Assembly: GCA_041674405.1 (NCBI GenBank)
Contig: JBAYVT010000002.1
Location: forward strand, 23,158 to 87,157
Direction: 5' to 3'
Source: Patescibacteria group bacterium
GTDB lineage: Bacteria; Patescibacteriota; UBA1384; XYA2-FULL-43-10
DNA length: 64,000 nucleotides
Both the position numbers and the translations under genes were made by a program. Below the pieces are notes generated by a model. It ran no database searches. It was not told where the DNA came from and saw only the letters and a program-made list of their open reading frames with translations. Of the stretch, positions 30,370-40,645 are shown in pieces (the stretch's first letter is position 1; the number at the start of each line of letters is the position of its first letter).

Positions 30370-31132
30370 CCACCTCCTTCGGGATAACAACGTCACCTTT
30401 AAAACTTTTATTTGCTGCCCAAATGCGGCAGATTTCGACAAATACACTTGCTCTAAGGCTGGCACTGCCAACCAAGACTCCATCAATCAACGGCGATTTA
30501 GCAAAATTTAATATTTTTTCATGGTCTATGCTGCCACCATACAAAATTGGGCTTTCTCGGAATATCACTTCGCGAAGTTTGGCCACTGCTTTTTCTGCAT
30601 GTTCGACCGGTGCGGCATTGTGATTGCCAATTGCCCATACGGGCTCGTAAGCCACAACAATATCCTTGTATTTGTTTTTTGGAACATGAGTCAAGGCCTC
30701 TTCAAGCTGGTCGGCAGCATCGGACAGGGGGGCGCTTTTCGTTTTCTCGCCAACACAAATGATTGGAGACAATCCGTGTTTTAAGGCTGCTAACACTTTT
30801 TCATTAACATCAAAATCTGTCTCGCCAAAATGAGCCCGGCGTTCCGAATGTCCGACAATTACGTATTTGCAAACATCGCGAATCATAATCGGCGAGATTT
30901 CACCGGTGTAAGGACCCTCATCTTCATAAAACATATTTTGGGCCCCTAGGTTAACCTTTCCGTCTCTTTTCAAAATTTCTGATAGTTCAGAAAGCCAGAT
31001 CACTGGCGGGCAGACCACGACCTCGACTCCATCAAGACTGGCAACAGAGTTTCTGATTGAGGTCGCTAAAATATACGCATCAGATGCCCGCGTATACATC
31101 TTCCAGTTCGCAACAACCATCGGCCGTCTCAT
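30350..31132 (-). CDS. tpiA: Triosephosphate isomerase
   Basis: VVANWKMY...VIVGHSERR...GGS. Confidence 0.9.
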   Translation of the reverse strand: MRRPMVVANWKMYTRASDAYILATSIRNSVASLDGVEVVVCPPVIWLSELSEILKRDGKVNLGAQNMFYEDEGPYTGEISPIMIRDVCKYVIVGHSERRAHFGETDFDVNEKVLAALKHGLSPIICVGEKTKSAPLSDAADQLEEALTHVPKNKYKDIVVAYEPVWAIGNHNAAPVEHAEKAVAKLREVIFRESPILYGGSIDHEKILNFAKSPLIDGVLVGSASLRASVFVEICRIWAANKSFKGDVVIPKEVDAASSN

Positions 31133-31151
31133 ATTCCCTCGCTTTAAGAAC

Positions 31152-32180
31152 TTATTTCACTCTTACATTATTATATAGCTTAATAATCATCTTTGCCAAT
31201 TTAGTATTATCGTGGTACAAAGGCTTTTTTTCATCAACCAAATCCGCTCTAGAGATTTTCACTCCAGATATTTTCTCGTTTTCTGTTGTGATATTATAGA
31301 CTTCACCAAGTTTTGATGATTGTTTTGACTTCTTTATTACATGGCTATTTACTAAGCAATAATCAAAAATTTTGCCTGGGGCATGTTTTTTTATTGCTGC
31401 AATGTGATCAGAGACAGAGTAATTTTCTGTCTCTCCTCTCTCGGTTGAAATGTTTGCAATATATATTTTCAGCGCTATTTTGTTAGATAATATGGCTTTT
31501 TTAATTCCAGGTATCAACAGGTTTGGAATTACACTAGTATACAAACTCCCTGGTCCCAAAAGGATCAAATCTGCCTCATTAATCGCCTGGACCGCTTTTT
31601 CATACGCCCTCACTTTGTCTTTATTTAAAAAGACAATATTAATTTTTTTTCCAGCTTGTGGAATCTTATCTTCCCCCAAAATTTTTTTTCCGCCAGCATA
31701 CACAGCACCAATTTTAATATTATCCAGTGTGGCTGGTAAAATTTTTCCCGCCGTGCGAAAAATCGTGGAGGTTGCCTCTATTGCCTGTTCGAATGATCCT
31801 AGATGCTTAGTTAGGGCTGCAATCCAAATATTTCCAAGCGTATGGTTTGATAAGGATTTATTTTTCCCAGGAAATCGATATTCCAATATTTTGGATAATA
31901 TTTCTCCATCTTCCGCCAACGCTGAAATACATTTACGGATATCTCCTGGTGGCAAAATATCAAATTCTTTCCTGATTACTCCCGTGGAAGAGCCGTCATC
32001 AGTCACAGCCACAATTGCTGAAATGTTATTAGAATATTTTTTAAGCCCGGATAATAAAACGGATAAACCCGTGCCACCACCGATTGCGGCAATTTTAATA
32101 TCACTTCCAGCAAGAAGACGAGGGTCGTTAGGCTCGTAAACGAGATTTCTCCACCATGTTTTGAAAAAGCTTTCTCTCAT
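31152..32180 (-). CDS. YvcK/CofD-family gluconeogenesis factor-like protein
   Basis: AAIGGGTGLSVLLSGLK...VTDDGSSTG. Confidence 0.75.
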   Translation of the reverse strand: MRESFFKTWWRNLVYEPNDPRLLAGSDIKIAAIGGGTGLSVLLSGLKKYSNNISAIVAVTDDGSSTGVIRKEFDILPPGDIRKCISALAEDGEILSKILEYRFPGKNKSLSNHTLGNIWIAALTKHLGSFEQAIEATSTIFRTAGKILPATLDNIKIGAVYAGGKKILGEDKIPQAGKKINIVFLNKDKVRAYEKAVQAINEADLILLGPGSLYTSVIPNLLIPGIKKAILSNKIALKIYIANISTERGETENYSVSDHIAAIKKHAPGKIFDYCLVNSHVIKKSKQSSKLGEVYNITTENEKISGVKISRADLVDEKKPLYHDNTKLAKMIIKLYNNVRVK

Positions 32181-33439
32181 TTTATCATCCCTTTAGCATG
32201 TAAGTCTCGATAATAAGAAATTGCAAATCTGTGTGCCTCATCACGCAATGCAACAATGTTGTTTTTGATTCCGGGGGTCTTTTCGATATAGCTTTTTACA
32301 TCATGATTCTGAAAGTGTAGCTCGTCTTTGTCACGCTTTGGCCCCTTTGAAATTGAAATAATCGGGGCATGCAAACCTGATTCCGTAAGGACTTTCAGTG
32401 CAGCCTTAAGATGTGTTTCCCCGCCATCAATCACTACCAAATCAGGATCACCCCATTTGTTATTCATTCTGCGCCGTAGAATTTCTGCCATCATCGCGAT
32501 GTCGTTAGCACCATTCACATTTTTGATTTTAAATTTTCGATATTCTTCCGGCGCTTTTTTACCAGAGATAAATACACTCATCGCGCCGACCGCATAGCTG
32601 CCAGAAATATTGGAAATATCGAAACATTCCATTCTTTTGAAATATACTTTGGTGCTATCAAACACATCATCCCGAATTCCCAGCGCCACATCTCGTAAAT
32701 GGTCAAGGGCAGCAACCTGATTTCGTGTTAACGCTGCAACCTCATATCGCTTCTGCCGACTCAATTCTTTCATTTCTTTGTAAAGGGCTTGCTCAACCTC
32801 GGCTTTCTTCCCACGGAGAAAATTTTTAAGATATGTGATGTTTTTGTTATATTGTTTTTTATCTACCCAATCGGCGCAGGGCGCAGTGCAAACACGAATG
32901 TCACCATATATACAAGCACGGCATTTCTTGGCCTGCAGATTATATTTCGTTTTTGAACAATCGCGATAAGGAAAGATTTTCCTCAAATATCGCAATGATT
33001 TTTTAAGTTCCATTCCATTTGGATAGGGGCCAAATAATCTGCCCGCTTTTTTCTCGCGAGCAAACTCTTCGTGCGGTATATCTTTAATTCTTCTCAATCC
33101 AACGCATGGAAATTCTTCTTTTGTGAAATGAATTACAAAAAACGATTTATCATCCTTGAACTGAATATTATATCTTGGCTTAATTTTTTTAATCAGCTCG
33201 GCTTCAAGAATTACCGCCTCAATCTCACTTTCGGTTTCTTTGAAAATTATTTTTCTTGCGTTTGAAACCATTAGATCAATTGACGGACCACGGCCAATCT
33301 CTTTTAAAAAATATGATTTTATCCTACTTTTTAAATTTTTGGCTTTGCCCACATACAAAATATCCCCGTCGGCATTCTGAAACTGATATACCCCCGGGGA
33401 TTTTGGCGCGTAAATTATATAATCCTGTAAACTCTTCAT
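32177..33439 (-). CDS. uvrC: UvrC-like excinuclease (GIY-YIG plus UvrC core; short form lacking the C-terminal HhH)
   Basis: PKSPGVYQFQNADGDILYVGKAKNLKSRIKSYF GIY-YIG, then a Cys-rich UvrC-homology region. 420 aa against about 600 typical. Confidence 0.6.
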   Translation of the reverse strand: MKSLQDYIIYAPKSPGVYQFQNADGDILYVGKAKNLKSRIKSYFLKEIGRGPSIDLMVSNARKIIFKETESEIEAVILEAELIKKIKPRYNIQFKDDKSFFVIHFTKEEFPCVGLRRIKDIPHEEFAREKKAGRLFGPYPNGMELKKSLRYLRKIFPYRDCSKTKYNLQAKKCRACIYGDIRVCTAPCADWVDKKQYNKNITYLKNFLRGKKAEVEQALYKEMKELSRQKRYEVAALTRNQVAALDHLRDVALGIRDDVFDSTKVYFKRMECFDISNISGSYAVGAMSVFISGKKAPEEYRKFKIKNVNGANDIAMMAEILRRRMNNKWGDPDLVVIDGGETHLKAALKVLTESGLHAPIISISKGPKRDKDELHFQNHDVKSYIEKTPGIKNNIVALRDEAHRFAISYYRDLHAKGMIK

Positions 33440-34674
33440 TTCAATTGCTTAATATATTTCACAACCTCATCTATTTTTATAATTTTCTTTTCTGTTTTTT
33501 TGCGATTTGCTATCTCAACTCCACCGGATTTGAAAGATCGCTCAGAAACAACAATGGTTATCGGACAACCAATCAGATCTGCGTCGGCAAACTTTTCGCC
33601 GGCAGTGATTTCTTCTCTATCGTCATACAACACTTCAATTCCAGCGTCAAGAAGCTCCTTGTAAATCTTCTCTGTTTCCTCATTTTTGTTTAAAGAGATT
33701 AAATTGACACTGAATGGCGCAATGTTTTTCGGCCAGATGATCCCATAATCATCGTGAAATAATTCTACAGCCGTGCCCAAAAGGCGTGTTAGACCAATGC
33801 CGTAACAACCCATTATCATTGCCACTTCTTTACCCTCAGAGTTCAGAACTTTAGCATTCATTTGGGATGAATATTTATTTGAAAGAGGAAAAATATTACC
33901 AACTTCAATTGAATTGGCCATAACAATTTTACCATCGCATTTCGGGCATTTATCACCCTCAGATACTTTCGCAATTTCTCTGTTTTGGGCAAAATCACAC
34001 TTGTTGCAATAAAAGATTGTATCTTCACCGGAAGTCGCCAAAGCTTGAAATTCATGCGAAAATTCTGAGAATACTCCACCGCTAGCCTCGACCAATTTGG
34101 TCTCAATTCCACATCGGGAAAAAGCTCTAAAATACGCTTTGATCACTTCTTGATAGTACTTTTCAAAATCTGCTTCATCAATATGAAAGCTATACATATC
34201 TTTCATAATAAATTCTCGCCCACGAAGGAGACCTGACTTAGCTCTCGGCTCATTCCTGAACTTGGTTTGTATTTGATAAAGAGATATTGGCAAATCTTTG
34301 TATGAAGAAATATGATGCCTCACAATGTCGATGATCTGTTCTTCATGAGTTGCGCCAAGACCGATCTCCTTATTTCTTGAGTCCTTAAACTGATACATCA
34401 CTTCAGACATCTTACTCCAGCGACCAGTTTCTTCCCATAATTCTCTTGGCTGAAGCACATTCATTAGAAGCTCTTGTCCCTCAACCTTATTCATTTCATC
34501 TCGAATAATATTTTCAATTTTAGAATAAACACTGAAACCAAGCGGAAGAAGTGCATACGCCCCCGCCATGTGTTTTTCAACAAAACCACCGCGAGCTAAA
34601 AGAGAGGCATTTATCGAATCAGAATCAGCCGGAGTTTCCTTATAAGTTTTGATAAGGCTTTTAGATCTTTTCAT
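33436..34674 (-). CDS. proS: Prolyl-tRNA synthetase (short form, no editing insertion)
   Basis: Class II motif 2 FRNEPRAKSGLLRGREFIMKDMYSFH. C-terminal anticodon-binding domain. Confidence 0.8.
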   Translation of the reverse strand: MKRSKSLIKTYKETPADSDSINASLLARGGFVEKHMAGAYALLPLGFSVYSKIENIIRDEMNKVEGQELLMNVLQPRELWEETGRWSKMSEVMYQFKDSRNKEIGLGATHEEQIIDIVRHHISSYKDLPISLYQIQTKFRNEPRAKSGLLRGREFIMKDMYSFHIDEADFEKYYQEVIKAYFRAFSRCGIETKLVEASGGVFSEFSHEFQALATSGEDTIFYCNKCDFAQNREIAKVSEGDKCPKCDGKIVMANSIEVGNIFPLSNKYSSQMNAKVLNSEGKEVAMIMGCYGIGLTRLLGTAVELFHDDYGIIWPKNIAPFSVNLISLNKNEETEKIYKELLDAGIEVLYDDREEITAGEKFADADLIGCPITIVVSERSFKSGGVEIANRKKTEKKIIKIDEVVKYIKQLK

Positions 34675-34680
34675 TCCCCG

Positions 34681-35769
34681 CTACTTTCTTATTAAATGTA
34701 TTATATCACCATACGTGATCAATGCGATTAGAAGAAGCAAAAACACAAAGCCAACCGAGTGAATAATGTTTTCGACATACTCGCGAATTAATCTCCGACG
34801 AGCAACCATTTCAATTAAAATAAAAAGTATTCTGCCCCCATCAAGTGCAGGTATGGGCAAGATGTTCAAAATTGCCAGATTAATAGAAAGCAATGCAACA
34901 AATTGAAGAAGGGCAAGGATTCCCATTCTTACAAACAAACCGGTATAAGTATAAATTGCGACAGGGCCACCAACTCCTTCGCCAGCTTGTCCTGTAGTAA
35001 ATAAATTATGCAAGTAATTTCCCAAAAACTCAAACGTAAAAATACCGATACGATATTCTTCGCGAGCCGCAACCCAGGGAGCATCATACAGCGGTACTCT
35101 GATTATGCTTCTCTCAATCAGTCCAACTCCCAAAGGTGCATCGGAAGATCCGGACAGAGAAACCTCTTGTTTATTTATCGCCCCATCTCTTTCGTATACT
35201 ACAGTAACCTTTTGGCCATAATAAGCTTGAGTAAAATTGGTTAGATCTGAGAAACTTCCCACATTTTGAGTGGTGTTGCTAGAATCAATTTCTTTAATTA
35301 TATCCCCGGCAGCCAAACCAGCAGACTTAGCTGGAGAATTATTTTCGAAATCGGCAATGATTATTTGATTAGATAGTCTTTTGCCAGGGACTTGATCCGA
35401 AGGAGAGATAACGGGAGACATGCCCACAGAAAAACCGACAACCAAAAGAACCCATGCCAGTACAATATTCATCAATATTCCAGCAAGAGAGATAATTAAC
35501 CTTTTATAAGCCGGTTGATTTTCCAGTGCGCGCTTGCTTTTACTCTCCTCCAACTCACCGAGCATTTTTACATAACCGCCGAGAAAAAAGAAGGTATTTA
35601 TAGTATATGTCGTCTCGCCCTTCTTTATCGAAAAAAGTCTCGGTGGAAAACCAAAAGCAAATTCTTCAACTTTCACTCCGGCTTTTTTTGCAGCGATAAA
35701 ATGCCCGAATTCATGTGACAGAACAAGAAGCGCCAGAATTATAATAAATGTTACAATGGTCAATATCAT
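34681..35769 (-). CDS. rseP: RIP metalloprotease (site-2 protease) with a PDZ domain
   Basis: HEFGHFIAAKKAGV HExxH in TM1. A PDZ-like middle section. Confidence 0.8.
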   Translation of the reverse strand: MILTIVTFIIILALLVLSHEFGHFIAAKKAGVKVEEFAFGFPPRLFSIKKGETTYTINTFFFLGGYVKMLGELEESKSKRALENQPAYKRLIISLAGILMNIVLAWVLLVVGFSVGMSPVISPSDQVPGKRLSNQIIIADFENNSPAKSAGLAAGDIIKEIDSSNTTQNVGSFSDLTNFTQAYYGQKVTVVYERDGAINKQEVSLSGSSDAPLGVGLIERSIIRVPLYDAPWVAAREEYRIGIFTFEFLGNYLHNLFTTGQAGEGVGGPVAIYTYTGLFVRMGILALLQFVALLSINLAILNILPIPALDGGRILFILIEMVARRRLIREYVENIIHSVGFVFLLLLIALITYGDIIHLIRK

Positions 35770-35773
35770 CTAA

Positions 35774-36331
35774 TTAGATCTTCATTACTTCAGATTCTTT
35801 TTCAGTGATCATTAAATCAACTTCTTTATTTTTCCGCTCTATTAGCTCATTCAGATCTTTTTCTGCTTGATATTTATCATCCTCAGTCGCTTCATTATTT
35901 TTAATAAGGCCCTGAACACGCGACCAAGCATCGCCACGAATTGTGCGAAGTGACACCTTGGCTTCTTCTCCGGTTTTTTTAACCTGTTTGGAAAGTTCGA
36001 TTCTGCGTTCTTCTGTAATTGGTGGCAAACTCAAGCGGACAAACGTTCCATCGTTTACTGGAGTTAGGCCAAGGTCTGCATTTCTGATTGCGGTTTCAAT
36101 ATCTCCAAGAGAATTTCGATCAAAGGGTTTGATTTGAATTAGGCTTGCTTCAGGAACAGAAATGCTAGCCAACTCTTTGAGCGAAGTATTCATGCCATAA
36201 TACGAAACTAGAATATCTTCAACCAACGAACCTTGCGCTCGGCCCGTGCGAATTTTTGTAAGATCGGATTTCAGGTTTACGATAGATGCTGACATTTTTA
36301 CATCGGCATCTTTCAAAATATCTGCAATCAT
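35774..36331 (-). CDS. frr: Ribosome recycling factor
   Basis: Full-length RRF similarity. Confidence 0.9.
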   Translation of the reverse strand: MIADILKDADVKMSASIVNLKSDLTKIRTGRAQGSLVEDILVSYYGMNTSLKELASISVPEASLIQIKPFDRNSLGDIETAIRNADLGLTPVNDGTFVRLSLPPITEERRIELSKQVKKTGEEAKVSLRTIRGDAWSRVQGLIKNNEATEDDKYQAEKDLNELIERKNKEVDLMITEKESEVMKI

Positions 36332-36366
36332 CAGCCTCCTTATTAATTCAATAAAATTTTATCACT

Positions 36367-36960
36367 TTAGTTGCCGAGTTCATAGCGGGTAAATCGTGAG
36401 ATAACTATATTTTCTCCGATTTTGGCAATCAAATCATTGAGAAGATTTCCAATTGTTTTGTCCGGATCTTTAATAAATGGCTGAGACAAAAGGCAAATCT
36501 CTTCGAAATACTTTCCCATTTTACCATCAACAATTTTGGCCGCTATTTCTTCCGGTTTACCAGAGGCTTTTACTTCTTCCATGAAAATCGCTTTTTCTCT
36601 GTCAGCTTCTTCGGCTGGGACTGCATCGGAATTTACATATTTTGGATTCATTGCCGCGATATGAAGAGCAACATCATGAACGAATGTTTTAAATTCATCG
36701 TTTCTAGCGACAAAATCAGTTTCTGTGAGAACCTCAAGGATCACCCCGATTTTTGCATCATGGCAGTAGCACTCAATAATCCCCGATTTTGTTTCGCGTT
36801 CTGCTTTTTTAGCTGCCTTTGACATTCCTTTTTTGCGCAATATCTCGATTGCCAAATCCTCATCCCCACCAGCTTCAATAAGAGCTGATTTAACTTCCAT
36901 CATTGGAAGACCAGTTTTGGCTCTGAGTTCTGCAATTTCTTTAGCTGTAATATTTGCCAT
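36367..36960 (-). CDS. tsf: Elongation factor Ts
   Basis: N-terminal UBA-like ITAKEIAELRAKTGLPMMEVKSALIEAGGD. Confidence 0.85.
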   Translation of the reverse strand: MANITAKEIAELRAKTGLPMMEVKSALIEAGGDEDLAIEILRKKGMSKAAKKAERETKSGIIECYCHDAKIGVILEVLTETDFVARNDEFKTFVHDVALHIAAMNPKYVNSDAVPAEEADREKAIFMEEVKASGKPEEIAAKIVDGKMGKYFEEICLLSQPFIKDPDKTIGNLLNDLIAKIGENIVISRFTRYELGN

Positions 36961-36974
36961 GTTCCTCCAAAAAA

Positions 36975-37679
36975 TTAATTTTTATCGTTAGCCACCGCCC
37001 CTTTGTTTTCTTTGATCGTTTTTGCAAATAAATTTACAAATAGGGCAATGGATTTTGTGGCATCGTCGTTAGCTGGAATAGGATAGTCGACTAGATTCGG
37101 ATCAGCATTGGTATCTACTATACCAATTGTCGTAACCCCAGATTGAGTTGCTTCTTTTATGGCATTTTTTTCATCATGAACCCCAACCAGGATGATTACG
37201 TCAGGCTGTTTGGAAAGGCCGACAAGTCCTCCGACCAATCTCTCGCCTTTTTCAATTTCTTTTGTAAGTTTTACTTTGTCGCGTTTTTTCATCTCTGCAA
37301 ATTCTGGGCTCGATACGATCAATCTGGCTCTTTCCAATTTCTTGAAAGCTTTCTGAACTGTGTTGAAATTTGTTAACATTCCACCCAGCCAACGAGAAAC
37401 AATGTAAGGCATACCACAATCCTGAGCGCCTTTTTTGACAATCTCTTGGGCCTGTTTTTTGGTACCAACAAATAGGACCGTTTTCCCTTCTTTGGCCGCT
37501 TCAGCTAAAAAATTCATCGCGTCGGAAAGCTGTGATTGCGTTTTTTCCAGATCAATAACATGGACACCAGATTTGGCGCCAAAAATAAATTTGTCCATTT
37601 TGGGGTGCCAACGACTGGTTTTGTGCCCAAAATGAACGCCTGCTTCGAGCATCTCTCGAAGTGTTGGTGTGGTAACCAT
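36975..37679 (-). CDS. rpsB: 30S ribosomal protein S2
   Basis: TLREMLEAGVHFGHKTSRWHPKM. Confidence 0.9.
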   Translation of the reverse strand: MVTTPTLREMLEAGVHFGHKTSRWHPKMDKFIFGAKSGVHVIDLEKTQSQLSDAMNFLAEAAKEGKTVLFVGTKKQAQEIVKKGAQDCGMPYIVSRWLGGMLTNFNTVQKAFKKLERARLIVSSPEFAEMKKRDKVKLTKEIEKGERLVGGLVGLSKQPDVIILVGVHDEKNAIKEATQSGVTTIGIVDTNADPNLVDYPIPANDDATKSIALFVNLFAKTIKENKGAVANDKN

Positions 37680-37822
37680 AAACGATTCTCCTTTTTAACC
37701 TCCGCCTTACGATTTACCTCGGCCCGAAGATTTCGGGACGGGCAAAGGATTTTTTAATCTCGGCTCGCCCAAAGGACGAGACGGATGAGAAAGGCGTGTG
37801 AATTTATTAACAATTAATTACT
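37680..37822 (-). promoter_or_regulatory. Structured 5' UTR of rpsB-tsf (candidate S2 autoregulatory leader)
   Basis: About 140-nt leader closed by long-range pairing CGCCTT/AAGGCG, with internal hairpins (CCCGAA-atc-TTCGGG). Confidence 0.35.
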
Positions 37823-37827
37823 TTTAA

Positions 37828-37857
37828 GACATTATCATATTTTTTGGATAATTTCAA
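37828..37857 (-). promoter_or_regulatory. Sigma70-type promoter for rpsB-tsf (TTGAAA-17-TAATGT)
   Basis: Read on the minus strand. Confidence 0.45.
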
Positions 37858-37877
37858 TATTTAACCCGAACAATCCC

Positions 37878-37906
37878 TTGACATAATTTAAAAATATTGT
37901 TAAAGT
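37878..37906 (+). promoter_or_regulatory. Consensus-like sigma70 promoter (TTGACA-17-TAAAGT) divergent from the rpsB promoter
   Basis: Read directly from the sequence. It would drive the RNA and tRNA-Ile downstream. Confidence 0.5.
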
Positions 37907-37912
37907 CGTTTT

Positions 37913-38093
37913 TGTCGGTTTCGCGGGAGATCGAAACCTGACGGGGCGAGGGTTCAAGGAGTCCGCTCCAGTCTCCCGCCTAATGGTGGCGAAGCGAAAG
38001 CTTATTGCCGAGAGGCAATCGCAAGTAACCAATCTTGCCGCCATCCCAAACATTAAACCGCCCATGGGCGGTTAAGCTTGCCTCTTTGGAGGC
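37913..38093 (+). ncRNA. Candidate structured non-coding RNA or long tRNA leader (unclassified)
   Basis: About 180 nt between the promoter and tRNA-Ile. GC-richer than surroundings. Nested helices GCGGGAGA...TCTCCCGC, GGAGTCCGCTCC, CCGCCC-atg-GGCGG. No ORF on the + strand. Confidence 0.3.
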
Positions 38094-38170
38094 AGGGTAC
38101 GTAGCTCAGTTGGATAGAGCGTCTCCCTGATAAGGAGAAGGCCGGGGGTTCAATCCCCTCCGTACCCACC
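38094..38170 (+). tRNA. tRNA-Ile (anticodon GAT), CCA encoded
   Basis: Manual fold: acceptor GGGTACG/CGTACCC; D arm GCTC-AGTTGGATA-GAGC; anticodon stem TCTCC/GGAGA with loop CTGATAA; T arm GGGGG-TTCAATC-CCCCT; then ACCA. Confidence 0.85.
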
Positions 38171-38257
38171 ACCCTTCCCTCTCTGCGCCTCGCGCAGAGA
38201 GGGTTTCCCGTTTTTAGGCTTGATTTTAAGTCAATATTCTGTTAATATAATTTCGTT

Positions 38258-38551
38258 ATGAAAAAAGTCATTCATCCAACTTATTATCCTGAGGCTAAGG
38301 TCACATGTGCATGTGGTGCAACTTTTACTATGGGATCAACCGAAAAAGAGATTCATGTAGAAATCTGCTCCGCCTGTCACCCATACTTTACCGGCAAAGA
38401 AAAACTGGTTGATACCGCTGGCCGCGTCGATAAATTTAAAGAGCGAATGGAAGCAGCCAAGAAGTTCAAAGAAACTAAAGAACTGAAGAACAAAAGAACC
38501 GAAGAACCAAAAGAGAATACTTCCAAAAACGAAAAATCTGAAGATAAATAG
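38258..38551 (+). CDS. rpmE: 50S ribosomal protein L31 with a K/E-rich C-terminal tail
   Basis: [28 protein letters not shown]...[11 protein letters not shown]. Confidence 0.85.
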   Translation: MKKVIHPTYYPEAKVTCACGATFTMGSTEKEIHVEICSACHPYFTGKEKLVDTAGRVDKFKERMEAAKKFKETKELKNKRTEEPKENTSKNEKSEDK

Positions 38552-38641
38552 CTCAATTTGAGATACAATGAAACCAGCGAGAATTTTCAAGCTGGTTTTT
38601 CATTATCTAACATAAGCCCAATAAGTCTTATTAGAATTTTT

Positions 38642-39715
38642 ATGAACGATAAACTACAAAAAATTTTAGATCGTTATTACAAACTCGATAATAAACTCAA
38701 GGATCCGGCGTTATCGTCAAATCCCGAGGAATTGGCTCACGTCGCTAAAGAAAAAGCTGAGATCGAAGATGATGCCAAAAAAATCGAGCGTTATTTTCAA
38801 ATTGAAAAAAATATTGAAGAAAATAAAGAAATAATTCGCGATAATGATCCCGAACTTTCTGAAATCGCAGAGTCCGAGCTCGATGATTTAACAGCGGAAA
38901 AATCTAATCTGGAACAAGATTTGAAGCGTCTCCTCGTTCCGGAAGATCCAATGGACAAAAAAAACGTCATCATCGAAATTCGCCCGGCAGCCGGTGGTGA
39001 TGAGTCAGAGCTTTTCGCTGCTAAGATTTTTCGGATGTACTCTCGCTACGCTGAGCGCCAGGGTTGGAAAATGGAAATTTTAAATTCATCAATGAGTGGG
39101 ATTGGGGGCATTAAGGACCTTTCATTTGAAATTAAAGGCGACAAGGTCTATTCGAAAATGAAATACGAATCAGGTGTTCATCGAGTCCAGAGAGTACCAG
39201 AAACTGAAAAAGCCGGCAGAATTCATACCTCAACAGTTACCGTGGCGGTACTTCCGGAAGCTGAGGAAGCTGATATTGAAATAAAACCCGAGGACCTTCG
39301 AATCGATGTTTTTCGATCCTCCGGCCCTGGCGGCCAATCGGTAAATACAACTGATTCCGCCGTTCGAATCACGCATACACCAACCGGGCTTGTGGTTACC
39401 TGCCAAGATGAAAAATCGCAATTGAAAAATAAGGCAAAAGCCCTGAACATCTTACGCTCTCGGCTTCTTTCGGCTGAAGAAGAAAGGTTATCCAAAGAAA
39501 GGGGAGATGCTCGCCGTTCGCAGATCGGCACCGGAGATAGATCGGAAAAAATCCGCACTTATAACTTCCCCCAAGATCGCATTACCGATCACCGGATCAA
39601 TATGTCCTGGCATTCATTGCCAAAAATTATGGATGGTGATATTGAGCCGATAATTACTGCCCTCATTGCGGAAGACCAAGCACGAAAATTACAATCTGAA
39701 TCTAATGAATCTTAA
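38642..39715 (+). CDS. prfA: Peptide chain release factor 1
   Basis: GGQ motif ([19 protein letters not shown]) and PET (PxT) tripeptide. The start is trimmed to MNDKLQKIL. Confidence 0.85.
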   Translation: MNDKLQKILDRYYKLDNKLKDPALSSNPEELAHVAKEKAEIEDDAKKIERYFQIEKNIEENKEIIRDNDPELSEIAESELDDLTAEKSNLEQDLKRLLVPEDPMDKKNVIIEIRPAAGGDESELFAAKIFRMYSRYAERQGWKMEILNSSMSGIGGIKDLSFEIKGDKVYSKMKYESGVHRVQRVPETEKAGRIHTSTVTVAVLPEAEEADIEIKPEDLRIDVFRSSGPGGQSVNTTDSAVRITHTPTGLVVTCQDEKSQLKNKAKALNILRSRLLSAEEERLSKERGDARRSQIGTGDRSEKIRTYNFPQDRITDHRINMSWHSLPKIMDGDIEPIITALIAEDQARKLQSESNES

Positions 39716-40568
39716 AACCGCTTTTTTGCGCGCCAAAAATGAACTCAATGCAATAGGCATTAAAACAGCCGAACTCGATGCCAAAGTTTTGCTTTTGCAG
39801 GTTATCGAAGAAAATGATGTTTATCTTTTGAAAAATCCCCTTTTCCCTTTAACCAACTCGCAATATTCAAAATTCCGCCGATGTATTCGCCGGCGAAAGT
39901 CTGGCGAACCGGTCGCCTATATTCTCGGCCATAAAGAATTTTTTGGTTTTGATTTTAAGGTAAACAAAAATGTCCTCATTCCACGACCGGAAACCGAACT
40001 CATCGTCGAGCAAGCAATCGAGTTTATAAAGCATAAAGTCCAAAAATTCGAAGGCAAATTAAACATCATCGATATTGGCACCGGTTCCGGCTGCATTATA
40101 ATTTCAATCGCAAATTCTCTACGGACTATGGGCTATGGACTACGTGCTAAATTGTATGCAAGTGATATTTCTGATAAAGCACTGCGAGTCGCCAGACTGA
40201 ATGCCAAGAAGAATGGGGTTAATAAACAAATTAAATTTTTCCGTTCGGACCTATTTTCGAATGGAAAATTGCCAAAAAAATTCGATTTAATTTTAGCAAA
40301 TCTGCCTTACCTAAAATCGAATTATAAAAATCTGGATTCCGAACCAAAAATCGCACTCGACGGAGGAAGGAATGGATTGAAAATTGTCAGCTCATTAATT
40401 GAGCTTTTGCCGGAAAAATTAAACCGCAGCGGCATTGCCCTCCTAGAGATTGACAACGATCAACCAGAAAAAATTAAAAAAAACGTTGGTAATATTCCAA
40501 ATTTAAAATTTGAAGAAGTAAAATCCATTCCTCATTGGCACGGCACGATAAAAATTTCAAGAAATTGA
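39705..40568 (+). CDS. prmC: Release-factor glutamine N5-methyltransferase
   Basis: [11 protein letters not shown] and NLPY (NPPY variant). The start overlaps the prfA stop. Confidence 0.8.
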   Translation: MNLKTAFLRAKNELNAIGIKTAELDAKVLLLQVIEENDVYLLKNPLFPLTNSQYSKFRRCIRRRKSGEPVAYILGHKEFFGFDFKVNKNVLIPRPETELIVEQAIEFIKHKVQKFEGKLNIIDIGTGSGCIIISIANSLRTMGYGLRAKLYASDISDKALRVARLNAKKNGVNKQIKFFRSDLFSNGKLPKKFDLILANLPYLKSNYKNLDSEPKIALDGGRNGLKIVSSLIELLPEKLNRSGIALLEIDNDQPEKIKKNVGNIPNLKFEEVKSIPHWHGTIKISRN

Positions 40569-40594
40569 AAAATCCGCCATCGGGCGGATTTTTC
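40568..40594. terminator. Bidirectional rho-independent terminator AAAA-ATCCGCC-atcg-GGCGGAT-TTTT between convergent prmC and htrA
   Basis: Perfect 7-bp GC stem flanked by A and T runs. Confidence 0.8.
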
Positions 40595-40645
40595 ATATAC
40601 TTGTGATAATTTGCGTAAAGGATTATGCACGCTACTCTGATTATC

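Noticed and set aside
37835-38065. 76-aa minus-strand ORF across the tRNA leader and promoter region
   Set aside because: It overlaps two back-to-back promoters and a structured RNA. It has no SD and an odd composition. Most likely non-coding.
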